Position numbers and translations under genes: made by a program. Source: Squalus acanthias (taxonomy: Eukaryota). Taken from it: a stretch of DNA of 64,000 nt. The notes under the pieces were generated by a model. It made no database searches, had not been told where the DNA came from, and saw nothing but the letters and a program-made list of their open reading frames with translations. Shown one piece after another: positions 1 through 11,742 of this stretch; position 1 is the stretch's first letter, and every line of letters starts with the position of its first letter. The DNA lies in the NCBI GenBank assembly GCA_030390025.1, contig JASTWF010000362.1, positions 310,001-374,000 on the forward strand, read 5' to 3'.

Positions 1-1366
1 TCCAGGTCACTTATATATATCAAAAAAAGCAGTGGCCCCAGCACTGACCCTTGGGGAACACCACTGTCTGCCATCCTCCAGTCTGAAAAACAGCCATTTA
101 CCACAACTCGCTGTTTTCTGTCCTTAAGCCAATTCCTTATCCAAGCTGCCACTGACCCACCTATTCCATGAGCCTCAATTTTGTTAAACAGCCTTCTATG
201 TGGTACTTTGTCAAATGCCTTCCTAAAATCCATGTAGACAACATCCATTGCATTCCCTTCATCAATCCTCCCTGTTACTTCATCAAAAAATTCAATTCTA
301 TTAGTCAAACACGATCTGCCTTTTACAAACCCCTGTTGGCTCTCCTTAATTAGCTTAAACCTCTCCAAGTGCCCGTTAATTTTTTCCTTGATTATTGTTT
401 CTAAAACTTTACCCACCACTGATGTTAAACTGACCGGCCTGTAGTTACTAGGATTGTCCTTACACCCTTTCTTGAACAATGGTGTCACATTTGCCACTTT
501 CCAATCCTCGGGAAGATTGGAAAATTATGGCAAGCCCTTCCGCTATCTCCTCCCCCAATTCCCTTAGCAACCTGGGATGCAAGCCATCTGGACCAGATGA
601 CTTATCCACTCTAAGCATACCCAGCCTTTCTAGTACATCCTGTATATCAATTTTCACCCCTTCCATTGCTTCTACCTTTTCCACTTACACCGATATTTTG
701 TCAGCATCCACCTCCTTAGTAAACACTGATACAAAGTACTCATTGAGTATTCTAGCCTTGCCCTGCGCCTCTAAGCATATATCACCTTCTTTGTCCCTAA
801 TAGGCCCCACCCCGCCTCTTACTACCCGCTTACTGTTTACATGCCGGTAGAAGATTTTTGGGTTCCCTTTTATGTTAACCGCCATTCTACTCTCATATTC
901 TCTCTTTGCCAATCTTATTTTCATCTTCACTTCCCCTCTCAACTTATTGTATTTGGTCTGGTTCTCCCTTGAAGAATTCTCCTGACATTCATCATACACC
1001 CTCTTTTTTTTGTTTCTTCATCTTCTCTATCTCCCTTGTCATCCAAGGAGCCCTGGCTTTGGTTCCCTCCCTCTTGTTGAAATGGACCTAGCCTGTACTT
1101 GGAACATCTCCTCCTTAAAGATCACCCATTGTTCAGTTACAGTTTTTCCTGTCAGTCTTTGGTTCCATTTTACCCTGGTTAGATTCTTTTGCATCCCATT
1201 GAAGTTAGCCCGATTCCAGTTTAGAAGTTCCACTCTAGATTGTTCCTTGCTCCTCTCCATTGCTAATCTGAATCTTATGATACGATGATCACTCGTACCC
1301 AAGTGTTCTCCCACAGACACTTGGTCGGCCTGGCCCACCTCATTCCCCAGCAATGCCTCCTTCCTA

Positions 1367-1744
1367 AATAACAACAGAAAACGCTGGAAAAACTCAGCAG
1401 GCCAGGCAGCATCCGTGGAGAGAGAAACAGAGTTAACGTTTCAGGTCGAAGACCTTTCATCAGAACTGGAAAATTGCAGGAAATTGAATAGATTTTAAAG
1501 CAAGTTTAGGGGCTGGGAAAAGGGGGATGGGATGAAAGAACAAAAGGGAAGGTCAGTGATAGGATAGAAAGCAGGAGAGATTAAGAGACATGGAGAGACA
1601 TTAAGAGATATTCAAGGCAAGAGGAGGTGGAAATGGGACAGGTTGAGGAACAAAGGATGGCCCGAGATGAAGTGTGAATTGTGCTGGCAGAATGAAGGAC
1701 AGCTGCCATGTGGGAGGGAAGAAAAAAAGGGCCAAACAAAAGTG
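1367..1744 (-). mobile_element. Penelope-like retroelement terminal fragment with 13-bp TSD
   Basis: TGCCTCCTTCCTA at 1354-1366 and 1745-1757; minus strand contains CTGATGAAAGGTCTTCGACCTGAAACGTTAACTCTGTTTCTCTCTCCACGGATGCTGCC. Confidence 0.75.
1431..1467 (-). ncRNA. Minimal hammerhead ribozyme motif (Penelope-associated type)
   Basis: AGUU-CUGAUGA-A-AGGUC-UUC-GACCU-GAAA-CG-UU-AACU: core boxes, stem II, 4-bp stem I, palindromic stem III. Confidence 0.6.
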
Positions 1745-1990
1745 TGCCTCCTTCCTAGTTGGGCCAAGAACATACTGGTCAAGGAAATTCTCCTGAGCGC
1801 ATTTCAGAAATTCCTCCCCCTCCTTTCCCTTTACCCTAGCATTATCCAAATCGATATTTGGGTAATTAAAGTCCCCCAATATCACCACTCTATAGCTCTT
1901 GCAAATCTCTGCGATTTCCCTGCAGATTTGCTCCTCTACCTCCCTCTCGTGTGATATGTTGTTGCTTTATGCAAAGTGTGACATTTGGAG

Positions 1991-2380
1991 GTGTCAGCCG
2001 TGGCTCAGTGGGCAGCACCCTCGCCTCTGAGTCAGAAGGTTGTGGGTTCAAGCCCCACTCCAGAGACTTGAGCACAATAATCTAGGCTGACACTCCAGTG
2101 CAGTGCTGAGGGAGTGCTGCACTGTCGGAGGGGCCGTCTTTCAGATGAGACGTTAAACCGAGGCCCTGTCTGCTCTCTCAGGTGGACATAAAAGATCCCG
2201 TGGCACTATTTCGAAGAAGAGCAGGGGAGTTATCCCCGGTTTCCTGGCTAACATTTATCCCTCATCCAACATCACAAAAACAGATTATCTGGTCATTATC
2301 ACATTGCTGTTTGTGGGAGCTTGCTGTGCTCAACTTGCCCACCACGTTTCCTGCATTACAACAGTGACTACACTTCAAAA
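1991..2380 (+). mobile_element. tRNA-derived Deu-domain SINE (SacSINE1-like)
   Basis: Head GTGGCTCAGTGG...GGTTCAAG (A/B boxes) then Deu core GCCGTCTTTCAGATGAGACGTTAAACCGAGG. Confidence 0.8.
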
Positions 2381-2468
2381 GCATCTGAATTGGGCCTCTG
2401 TGAATTAAATCCCCAATCATTGGGCCTTAGGTCATCCCTCGATTCCAGGAGTTCGTGAAACATTCAGT

Positions 2469-2897
2469 GATCTTGCCTCCCATCTTCCGCCCTGCGTAAA
2501 CTTCAGCTCATCCAAAGTTCTGCTGTCCCCGTGTCCTAACTCGCACCGAGTCCCGTTCACCCCCTCCCCTATCTCTGTAACCTCCTCCAACCCCACAACC
2601 CTCTGCGATCCTCCAATTCTGGGCTCTTGCCCATCCCCGATTTTCATCGCCCCACCATTGGTGGCCGTGCCTTCAGATGTCTGGGCCCTAAGCTCTGGAA
2701 TTCCCTGCCTAAACCTCTCCGCCTCTCTCCCTCTTTAAGACGCTCCTTAAAACCTCCCTCTTTGACCAAGCTTTTGGTCACCTGTCCTAATATCTCCTAT
2801 GGCTCGGTATCAAATTTTGTTTGCTAACGTTCTTGTGAAGCGCCTTGGGACATTTTATTATGTTAAAGGCGCTGTATAAATGCAAGTTGTTGTTGCT
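2469..2897 (+). mobile_element. L2-type LINE 3' fragment
   Basis: GGRAFRCLGPKLWNSLP motif; tail AAAGGCGCTGTATAAATGCAAG(TTG)n. Confidence 0.75.
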
Positions 2898-3007
2898 GTG
2901 GTGACCTTGGCACTTGGTGCATTTCCTGGTCCCAGACCCTGTTCTAGTGCAGTTGGGCTCGGTTTCGGCCAATAGTCTTCCTCTGATTGACTTCTTTTCT
3001 CCTGAAG

Positions 3008-3154
3008 AGCTGGGACAATTTAACCGCAGAGATTGAGGATTTGGAGAACACGCTTCGGTCCAAAGACCAGCGGATCGAGGAGCTCCTTGTGGAGATGGAG
3101 CCTCGGGTGAAGGCCTTGAACATGGGCATGGAAACCAAGCGATCCTATGAGCAG
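3008..3154 (+). CDS. LAMC3: Laminin gamma-3, coiled-coil exon (sixth from last), phase 0-0
   Basis: ctgaag|AGC...CAG|gtgagg; 147 nt; SWDNLTAEIEDLENTLRSKDQRIEELLVEMEPRVKALNMGMETKRSYEQ; splices in frame to next exon. Confidence 0.8.
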
Positions 3155-3334
3155 GTGAGGTGGCCTTTGGAGCACAGGCTGCATTCCCTTCCTTGCAATG
3201 TACCATGGGATTGATACTCCGTGATGGACAATGAGTATCACCGCTATCCCACATTACAACTGTGACTGCACTTCAAAAGTACTTCATTGGCTGTAAAGCG
3301 CTTTGGGATGTGAAAGGGGCAAAATAAATGCAAG

Positions 3335-3472
3335 TCTTTCTTTCTTTCTCCTTTCCTTCCTTCCTTCCTTCATTCATTCATTCATTCTTTCTTTCTCCTT
3401 TTCTCCTTTTCTCCTTTCCTTCTTTCCTTCTTTCCTTCTTTCTTTCTTTCCTTCTTTCTTTCATGCCTTCCT

Positions 3473-3560
<88 letters not shown>

Positions 3561-3599
3561 TCATTCCTTCTTTCTTTCATGCCTTCGTTCCTTCTTTCC

Positions 3600-3640
<41 letters not shown>

Positions 3641-3815
3641 TCATTCCTCCGATCTTTCATTCCTTCTTTCTTTCATTCCTCCTTTCTTTCATTCCTCCTT
3701 TCTTTCATTCCTCCTTTCCTTCTTTCTTTCATGCCTTCGTTCCTTCTTTCCATCTTTCTTTCCTTCCTTCTTTCTTTCCTTCTTCCCTTCTTTCTTTCTC
3801 TCTTCCTTTCTTCCC
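3335..3815 (+). repeat. (TTTC/TTCC)n microsatellite
   Basis: Direct inspection. Confidence 0.95.
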
Positions 3816-3966
3816 CTGGATCCAGAGATGGCTCCATGCCAACAGTTGGCCCAGTTGACTCTGCCTGTCTGCCCAGTGGAGCGGTGTGCTCCTCCCCTTT
3901 CGGTGAAGAGGTCCTTTTCTTCAATTAGTCCGGTTGTGTAAACACAAATCTTTCTCCCCTTTTTAG

Positions 3967-4069
3967 CTCTTGAGTTGTGTCAAAGCTGCCCAGGTCACCG
4001 CGAGGGCGTCGATCCAGCAGGTCAAACGGATAAAGGAAGAAGGGATCTCCTTGCTGAAAACTTTGGAAG
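3967..4069 (+). CDS. LAMC3: Laminin gamma-3 exon, phase 0-1
   Basis: ttttag|CTC...GAAG|gtacag; LLSCVKAAQVTARASIQQVKRIKEEGISLLKTLE. Confidence 0.85.
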
Positions 4070-4499
4070 GTACAGTCTTGTGTCGTCGCTCCTCACCCCA
4101 GTCCAGAACCAGCCAATCGGATCAAGGAGAGTCTATTCACATTCCAATTGGTGTGGGGAGGCGGGGTGCCGCGTGCTGGGCGACCAATGGTGGGGGCGGG
4201 GCGGGGCGGTTGGAGACCGGAGGTCATGTGGTGATGCCTCGAGGAATAGGCCGCGGTTGAACCTGGGCCCAGGCTGCTCCTTGTGGGGCTCAGTACCACA
4301 CCAGTGGAGCTGATCTAGCTGAGCACAGGCCGGGATTAGGTTGACAACTTTAGAGAGCCTGATTGCCGCGTTTATTCAGACAGGTCACAAAGGGGGTGGG
4401 AGGGGGTGGCGGTGGAGGTGAAACATTCGGGCATCCGGCTCACACGCTTGGCTCGAAAGCCGGGACAAAATGCTTACACAGACCGCTTGCCGACGGCAT

Positions 4500-4927
4500 T
4501 TTTCAGCCCCTCGAGCCTGTTCCACCGTTCCATTAGATCATGGCTGATCTGTATTTTAACTCCATTCACCCGCCTTGGTTCCGTAACCCTTAATCCTCTT
4601 ACCCAACAAAAATCTATTGGTCTCAGTTTTGAAATTTTCAATTGACCCCCCCGGCCTCAGGAGCTTTTTGGGGGAGAGAGTTCCAGATTTCCACCGCCCT
4701 TTGTGTGAAGAAGTGCTTCCTGACATCACCCCTGAACGGCCGCGCTCTAATTTTAAGGTTCTGCCCCCTTGTTCTGGACTCCCCCCACCAGAGGAAATAG
4801 TTTCTCTCTATCGACCCCATCAACTCCTTTAATCATCTTAAACACCTCGATTAGATCAAACATTAATCTTCTACACTCGAGGGAATACAAGCCCAGTCTG
4901 TGCAACCTGTCCTCACAATTTAACCCT
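4500..4927 (-). mobile_element. CR1 LINE 3' fragment
   Basis: GESRTRGQNLKI...FFTQRAVEIWNSLPQ on minus strand. Confidence 0.85.
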
Positions 4928-4960
4928 TTCTCGTGGTCTTTTTTATTATCTTTGTTTCAG

Positions 4961-5163
4961 ACAACAAGAGAATGTTTTCAATGAAGAGGATGAAAAGCAA
5001 AGGGGTTTTCAGGAAGATGGGGCCCATCAGAGAGAGGGTGATGGCGGAGGCCAAGAGGAAGACCGCGCTGGCCGGCAGGATGTTGGACGCGGCCGAGTCG
5101 AGCGCCGCCGTCAGCAACAGCTCAGCGGCCCGAGCCTCGCACCTCACCAGAGGCATCGCAAAG
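4961..5163 (+). CDS. LAMC3: Laminin gamma-3 exon, phase 1-0
   Basis: tttcag|AC...AAG|gtcaaa (weak donor); ...ERVMAEAKRKTALAGRMLDAA... resembles human LAMC3 DRLLADTRKKTKQAERMLGNA. Confidence 0.85.
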
Positions 5164-5322
5164 GTCAAAGGGGAACGATATTACCTCCCGCGCGCTTCAA
5201 CCATTCGAACCGGATCCCCTTTCTCTTTACCTTAATCGGGTCGACACCGAGTGTTGTAATACCGAGAGAGAGAGGGGAGATCTGCCATAAGTGGGTTCAG
5301 TGTTTGTACAAGAACATCACTC

Positions 5323-5888
5323 AGTCACTGCTTAGGCCCCAGCTGGAGTATTGCGGCCAATTCTGGGCCCCAAGGTTTGGGAAGGATGTCAAGGCCCGGG
5401 AGAGGGTGCAGAGGAGATTTACTAGAATGGTTCCAGGGATGAGGGACTTCAGTGATGTGGAGAGACTGGAGAAGCTGGGATTGTTCTCCTTAGAGCAGAG
5501 AAGGTTAAGGGGAGATTTAATAGAGATGTTGAAAATCATGAAGGGTTTCGATAGAGTAAATAAGGAGAAACTGTTTCCAGTGGCAGGAGGGTCGGTAACC
5601 GGAGGACACAGATTGAAGATAATTAGCAAAAGAACCAGAGGGGAGATGAGGAGAATTGTTTTTACGCAGTGAGTTGTTGTGATCTGGAACGCGCTGCCTG
5701 AAAGGGCAGTGGAAGCAGATTCAACAGTAACATTCAAAAGAGAATTGGAGAAATACTTGAAGGGGATAAATTTGCAGGGCTGTGGGGAAAGAGCAGGGCA
5801 TTGCGACTAATTGGAGAGCTCTTTCAAAGAGCCGGCACAGGCACAATGGGCCGAATGGCCTCCTCCTGTGCTGTGCGATTCTATGATT
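5323..5888 (+). mobile_element. CR1 LINE 3' fragment
   Basis: RPQLEYCGQFWAP...RLRGDLIE; 3' stem-loop GGCCGAATGGCC and ATTCTATG tail. Confidence 0.9.
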
Positions 5889-6638
5889 TATTAATTGGGG
5901 CACAACTCTGCCAGGCCAGAATCTCCTCCCGCCACAGGGCAGGACCTTTTCACCCCTGACCCTTGTCAGGGTTGAAGGTCTGGGGGTCAACTTTCACCTT
6001 GCCTTTCCGGTCTGTGCAATCGTGGCTCTGCCCTGCCCTGTCCCCTCCCCCCCCCCCCACCCCCCTCACTGTTCCCATGCCAACGGGCGGACGCCCAGGC
6101 CCAACAGTCCGGGGGTTGGCGACATGCAAATGGTGGGAAACGCCCGCCTGGGCAATTTGTGTCTTGGCAGCCAACATAGAAACAGGAGTCGGCCATTCAG
6201 CCCCTGGAGCCCGTTGGGCAATGCTGGAAGTAGGAGGCCCATCGCCCTCACATTATTTACCCTGGTTTATGGATGGGCCAGTGTGGCGTTGCACCCGAGG
6301 AGCAGGTAATAGTGAGACGCTGTGGAGCGCGTTCCTTCCACCCCGGATCTGCTGGGAATTCAGTGGTGATGGGAGAGGGAGGGCCAGGAAATCCAGGCCT
6401 CCTGATGTCCATTTTTCCAAGCGTCGTGCTCCAGAGACGGGGGTTGACCCCCCCCCCCCCTCCCACCCCGTGACGAGCGTGCTACAGGCACCTGAGATCG
6501 CTCCGACGGGCTCCACTCCCGGGCCTGCTCGGCCCTGGCAAAATCCATCCCATAATCAAGCCTGTAGAACCTTCGAGAAACCCGCGGCCACTTTCTTCCC
6601 CCCCAAGAGGCAACCTCAGGCTCCCTTCTACCTTCCAG

Positions 6639-6797
6639 GAGGCCCAGAAGATCGGGAGACGGGCCCGGGATCAGACCGCGCAGTCCAGCTCACTCCGCTC
6701 GCAACTGGAGGCCGCGCAGGAACAACTCAATGCCCAGGAGGACCAGGCCACGGCCTTGAAGGCGAGGGTCCGCGAGGAGACGGAAACGGCGGCCAAG
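6639..6797 (+). CDS. LAMC3: Laminin gamma-3 exon, phase 0-0 (absent from the ORF track in this frame)
   Basis: ttccag|GAG...AAG|gtaacg; 159 nt; EAQKIGRRARDQTAQSSSLRSQLEAAQEQLNAQEDQATALKARVREETETAAK (heptad pattern). Confidence 0.85.
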
Positions 6798-6993
6798 GTA
6801 ACGGTAAAATTCACTCGCGACGGGGCAGTCGGCGTGTAGAAGGCTCTTACCGTTGTTAACTGGATGAGGCAGGGTTTTTATATCTGCTGCCTAGGGGTTG
6901 GCAACCCTCCAGGTTTGGCCCGGACTCGGAGCGCGCTACCGACCGAGCCAAGCTGACACATATATATGGTCTCCCTCTCTGTGCTTCTGACAG

Positions 6994-7093
6994 GTTCTTA
7001 GCGAGACGGAAGCGATGGGAAAGAGCATGAAGAAAGCGAAACACTCGCTCGATCATGACGTGAAGCAGTTGACAGAGTTGCTGAAACAAATAG
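6994..7093 (+). CDS. LAMC3: Laminin gamma-3 penultimate exon, phase 0-1
   Basis: tgacag|GTT...ATAG|gtacgt; VLSETEAMGKSMKKAKHSLDHDVKQLTELLKQI, cf. human SLEKDIETLSELL. Confidence 0.88.
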
Positions 7094-7148
7094 GTACGTT
7101 CAGGGACGGCAGTCGGAGCCTATCGGGGAGCGAGCCCTGGGGCTCGGG

Positions 7149-7303
7149 CAATCTTCCCTCTTTTTTTGGGGGGGTGCGCGGTCCCTTTAAGTGGCTGCGC
7201 GGCCCGTTCAGATTTTCGCCCATGCGCGGTTTCTCCCGTATAAAAGCCAGTGAGCGGCCTGCGCGGGAGCTCCAGACCGCTGCGCGGCTTAGCGGGAACG
7301 TTG
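7149..7303. mobile_element. hAT-type MITE (CAATGTTCCC-like TIRs)
   Basis: Ends CAATCTTCCC / GGGAACGTTG; same family as 8114, 18556, 22190, 45190. Confidence 0.75.
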
Positions 7304-7366
7304 GTCGCAGGGTCCAGACGGTGTCACTGTCTGCGGCCTAATTTCTTTCTTGTGTTTTGCCACCAG

Positions 7367-7626
7367 AGAGCCTGCAGATTGACCGAGCGACGGAAGAAAC
7401 GCTGAATAAAACGGAGAGCAAGGTGGGAGCGCTGAGGTGGGCGATCGAGCGGAAACTGACGCAGAAAGTGCGGCAGCTGGAGGCTGCCTCCGAGATGCAG
7501 ATCCTGAAGATGAAAGCGTTCGAAAAGGACATCGAGGAGATCCAGGCCGACAAGCGCAACCTGGAGGACATTGTTCAGAACTTGCCCCAGGGCTGTTACA
7601 GCAGAGTGGGACTGAAGAGGCAGTGA
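7367..7626 (+). CDS. LAMC3: Laminin gamma-3 terminal coding exon
   Basis: caccag|AG...; FEKDIEEIQADKRNLEDIVQNLPQGCYSRVGLKRQ-stop, cf. human FESDLAEIRADKQNLEAILHSLPENC; adjacent to AIF1L as on human 9q34. Confidence 0.92.
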
Positions 7627-7943
7627 GAGGTTGGGGAAGAAAAAGGGAGAGGCGATTTACTGTGGACGGTTTTTGTGTTTATAATCTCAAGACATTTGCC
7701 ACCAAATTGCCGCCATTTAATGAACCATTTCAGATGAGTCATTTGGTTGGGTGTTTAACCCCCTTCCAATGTTCCTTCCCGATTTTAACCTCTCCTCCTG
7801 TGACTCGTGCTGGCTTTGGTCCAATGGGTAGCCGTGGCCCTCAGTCCCTCAGCCGACTGCCCGTTGTTCGGACGCGAGCCCTTCGTACCGTTTGTTGGAT
7901 GATATGGCACCATCGGGCCGAACACCACCCTCACCCCAATGTT

Positions 7944-7996
<53 letters not shown>

Positions 7997-8113
7997 AGCA
8001 GGGTGGAGAATCTTGTGTTCTCTAACTGGTCCGGGGTAGGGTTCAGAGACCGTCGCCCTTGTTACCGGATTGAGCCCCGAACCCTTCCTGCTCCTCAATA
8101 ATCCGCTGCCGAC

Positions 8114-8275
8114 CAACGTTTTCCCCCCTAAGGCGCGCGGCCGCGCATCAATCGGCAGGTCCCGCGCAGGCCGCTCGCAAGCTGTTGCCGCCGGAAGATA
8201 GCGCGCACGCGTGGCCGCGTGGCAGATTTAAAGGGACCGCGCACGGGGGGAAAAAAAAAATTCGAGCGAACATTG
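8114..8275. mobile_element. hAT-type MITE in presumed LAMC3 3'UTR
   Basis: TIRs CAACGTT / GAACATTG; 8-bp flanks CTGCCGAC / CTGCCAAT. Confidence 0.75.
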
Positions 8276-9344
8276 CTGCCAATACCGTGATACATTTACC
8301 CATTAATAACCGTGACACAATTTGAGGCCCACATATCTCTCCACATCAAAAAATCTTGGTATCTAAATAGGTCTGCAGCCCTTGAAAGTATCATACTTGC
8401 GCCTGATTGCCTCAAATACGATCTTCACCAACCGTCAACAAGTCACCAATGTTGATGGGGGGCAAATTAACAAAAAAAGTAATAACAAGAAATAATAATT
8501 AGTAACTGTAGAATTCAGTCGCGTTATTATGGAGTTGGGCGTATTAACTCGAGCTCTTTTTCCCTTCCCTAGCCCAGGGAGGCGAAGGCCAGGTTTAACA
8601 CCCTGTTTTTTGCCCCATTTGAGATCAGCGAACTGAGCAAAGAGCAGAGGTCAAGCTGTGTGGGACCTTGCTGGACTGAACTGCTCCCTACCACCCCACA
8701 CTCGCCATTCCTTCCTTCAGAAGGAAAACCAGTCCTTTTTGTTTTTGCAACTTTTTTTTTCTGACCTGGAGCCAGGCTTTATCAGCAGCCGCCAATGCAA
8801 TATAAATTAACCTCTAATTGACCGTCAAGAAATGTCACTTTTGAGCAATTGGACATTCGCCTTAGCAGCAGAATAATGCATTGCATGGTACAATAGTTGT
8901 GTTGTTATAAAGCAGTGTAGCGAACAAACTAACTAACTTGCATTTATATAGCGCCTTTCATGACCTCAGGACATCCCAAAATGCTTTACAGCCAATTAAA
9001 TATTTTATCCTCCTACTCACCATGAGCAATGCCACTGGAGACCCACTAACCCAAATAACAATAACTTGCGTTTATATAGCATCTTTAACGTAGTAAAACG
9101 TCCCAAGGTGCTTCACAGGAGCGATTAACAGAGAAAATTTGACACCGAGCCACAGAAGGAGACATTAGGGGACAGGTGACCAAAAGCTTGGTCAAAGAGG
9201 TCGGTTTCAAGGAACGTCTTAAAGACGAGGTGGGAGGCGGAGAGGGTTCGGGAGGGAACTCCAGAGATCGATCTGTATCTCAAGATTCCAGCCTGAGGAT
9301 GAGCATGTAGTTTCCAAGATGTCTCCGATTTTAGTCACTGTATT

Positions 9345-9472
9345 AATAAATAACCACTCCACATCGAATCCACGAGCTAATGTATCACCTTCAGATTATT
9401 CAGAGCGACGTCGATTACATTTACAACAGATTAAAATAGGCAATGACCGCAATAACTCACAACATCAATAAA
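9345..9472 (+). terminator. Candidate LAMC3 polyadenylation signals
   Basis: AATAAA at 9345-9350 and 9467-9472; no transcript evidence. Confidence 0.35.
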
Positions 9473-9636
9473 CCCATTCATTGTACACACTGAAGCTGCC
9501 TTTAACTTCACGTTTCACTTTGATATAAGTCAACATACCCCCGCACCTCCCCTCCCCCACCCCCATCTCCGATCACACATCGCAACTTCAGACGCACACA
9601 GCCCACGATTTTCCAAACATTTTAAAAACAACAAAG

Positions 9637-9945
9637 GTACTTGCATTTCTACAGCCCCTTTCACCACCTCAGGACGTCCCAAAGCGCTTTACAACCAATG
9701 AAGTACTTTTTGAAGTGTAGTCGCTGTTGTAATGTAGGGAAACACGGCAGCCAATTTGCGCACAGCACAATCCCACAAACAGCAATGTGATAGTGAGCAG
9801 ATATTCTGTTTTTGGTGATGTTGGTTGAGGGATAAATATTGGCCAGAACTCCCCCTGCTCTTCTTCAAACAGTGGCCATGGGATCTTTTACATCCAGCTG
9901 AGAGGGCAGACGGGGCCTCGGTTTAACGTCTCATCTGAAAGATGT
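9637..9945 (-). mobile_element. Deu-SINE 3' part
   Basis: Reverse complement of the 1991-2380 family. Confidence 0.8.
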
Positions 9946-11742
9946 CCTCAAAAACCCAACTGCTTCACTAATTTGATTCAGGACAACCGGCCGTCCTTAC
10001 CCGGTCTGGCCTAGAGTCCCACACTATCTGAACCACATCCACTCTTCATGCCCTCTGAAGCGATCCAGCAAGACACCCAGTTGCAAACGAACGCTGCAAA
10101 GTTAAAAAAAAAAAGAAAGCCCACAACCTTCCTCGGGGCAGATGAAGATTGCCTTGCCAGCATCTCTCAAATCCCAAGGACACTTTTTTTTTAAAAGACG
10201 TAAAATGAGCAGTTTGGCCCCTGTGTGAAAATAGCACACACAACAACCTAGTACAAGCACTACATCCCCCCCTTCCAAGGGGTTTGAGAGAATAAATAAG
10301 GAGAAACTGTTTCCAGAGGCAGGAGGGTCAGTAACTGGAGGATACCGGTTTAAGATAATTGCCAAAAGAACCAGGGGCGAGATGAGGAAAAATGTTTTTT
10401 ATGCAGCGAGTTGTGATCTGGAACGCGCTGCCTGAAAGGGCGGTGGGAGCAGATTCAATAGTGACGTTCAAAAAGGGAATCGGATATATACCTGAAGAGG
10501 AAAAATTTGCAGGGCTCTGGGGAAAGAGCGAGAGGGGGAGTGGGATGAATTGGAGCGCTCGTTCAAAGAGCCGGCACAGGCACGATGGACACAATGGCCT
10601 CTTCCTGTGCCGTAATGATTCTACGTTAAATGATGAAGTCTGCCAAACAGGATTTCTACTCTAAAATCTTTATACACACGCTCACGCTAAAACTTCACCA
10701 AAGTCTGATTCAGAATTTAGGAAGTGGTCAGAAAGAGAGCAGATGTGACCAGGAGTGACTGGGGATCCCAGCACACAACGTCTGGGACTGCCTCACCTTC
10801 CATTCAGTCTGGCACCAAAAATCTCTTCCGCCGCCTCTCCGTTTAATACGGCGGATCGAAAATTAAAATTATATTAATTGATTGAGAGCACCGACCTACT
10901 TGTAAGATATTTAATCACTGTTATTAAATGATTATTTTGATGATTATGTTACAGCGCAGCTCATCGTGTGGCTTGTGAATATTGTAGTTTGTTAATCTAG
11001 ATTACTTTGTTATACATCTGAATCCACTTTGCCAGTCGCGACATTGATTTTGGTGTCTCGGCTTTACCGTGATGGGTGCCGGTTTGTAATGTTATCGTCG
11101 CTTGTCTGACTCGGGTTCGGCCGGTTTGTGTGGGCGGCACTCAGGAGTCTCGGCTCGGTGCCCTATCTTGGCTCCTCTTCCTGTCTCTGTATGTAAACGT
11201 TCTTGCAAGCGTCACACACTTGTCACGCCTCAAAGTGTCACGCTTGAAACTGTCACGCTGGCACCTGATTAACTCAAACCTCACCACCTCTAAAAACAGC
11301 AACAGATCACCACTGAACAGATTGGGAAACTAACCAATGGACAAGCAGCATCTGATAAAAGAGCAGCCAGTGACAATTGAGTGCCGTACGTGCCTATTTA
11401 GAGCAATTATCCTTTGTGGTTGTAAAAGGCCGGGTCAGATTAAACCGCAGCTTCACCTTTGCAGCAGAGTAATACTTTGGGTTGTGCCTAACACGGTCTA
11501 ACCTACCCTCTTAGGATGAGCAATGCCACGGGACAGCTCAGTGTATGAAATGATATCACAGTGCAGTCTGATTTAAATTACTTGTAGCCCCCAACAAAGT
11601 ACAAAATATGGGTGAAGAACAGAGCTTTTCTGGAAAGAATCACCTCAGTGAGTCCCATTTTACAGACACGTTTTCTCCCTTTCATTTTTCTAACTGACTG
11701 GGTAGGAACTGGGGTTGGGATTGGTGCTGAAGTGGAAGTTGA

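Larger units (their letters stand above)
1..1945 (-). mobile_element. CR1-type LINE ORF2 fragment (endonuclease to RT), degenerate, interrupted at 1367-1744
   Basis: Minus-strand ORFs with GDFNYPNID, QENFLDQYV, GEHLGTSDH and KSSGPDGLHPRLLRE motifs; frameshifts present. Confidence 0.9.

Noticed and set aside
1991..2065. tRNA gene-like sequences at SINE heads (also 29615, 40971, 47530, 49304)
   Set aside because: A/B boxes continue directly into SINE bodies; these are not standalone tRNAs
8858..8910. miR-15/16-like sequence GCCTTAGCAGCAG with a weak hairpin
   Set aside because: Seed region diverges (AGCAGCAG versus AGCAGCAC), pairing is short and G-U rich, and the hairpin is not kept in the other two cassette copies
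10629..10710. Possible C/D box snoRNA (ATGATGA...CTGA)
   Set aside because: No convincing terminal stem, internal boxes or recognisable rRNA guide; apparently intergenic
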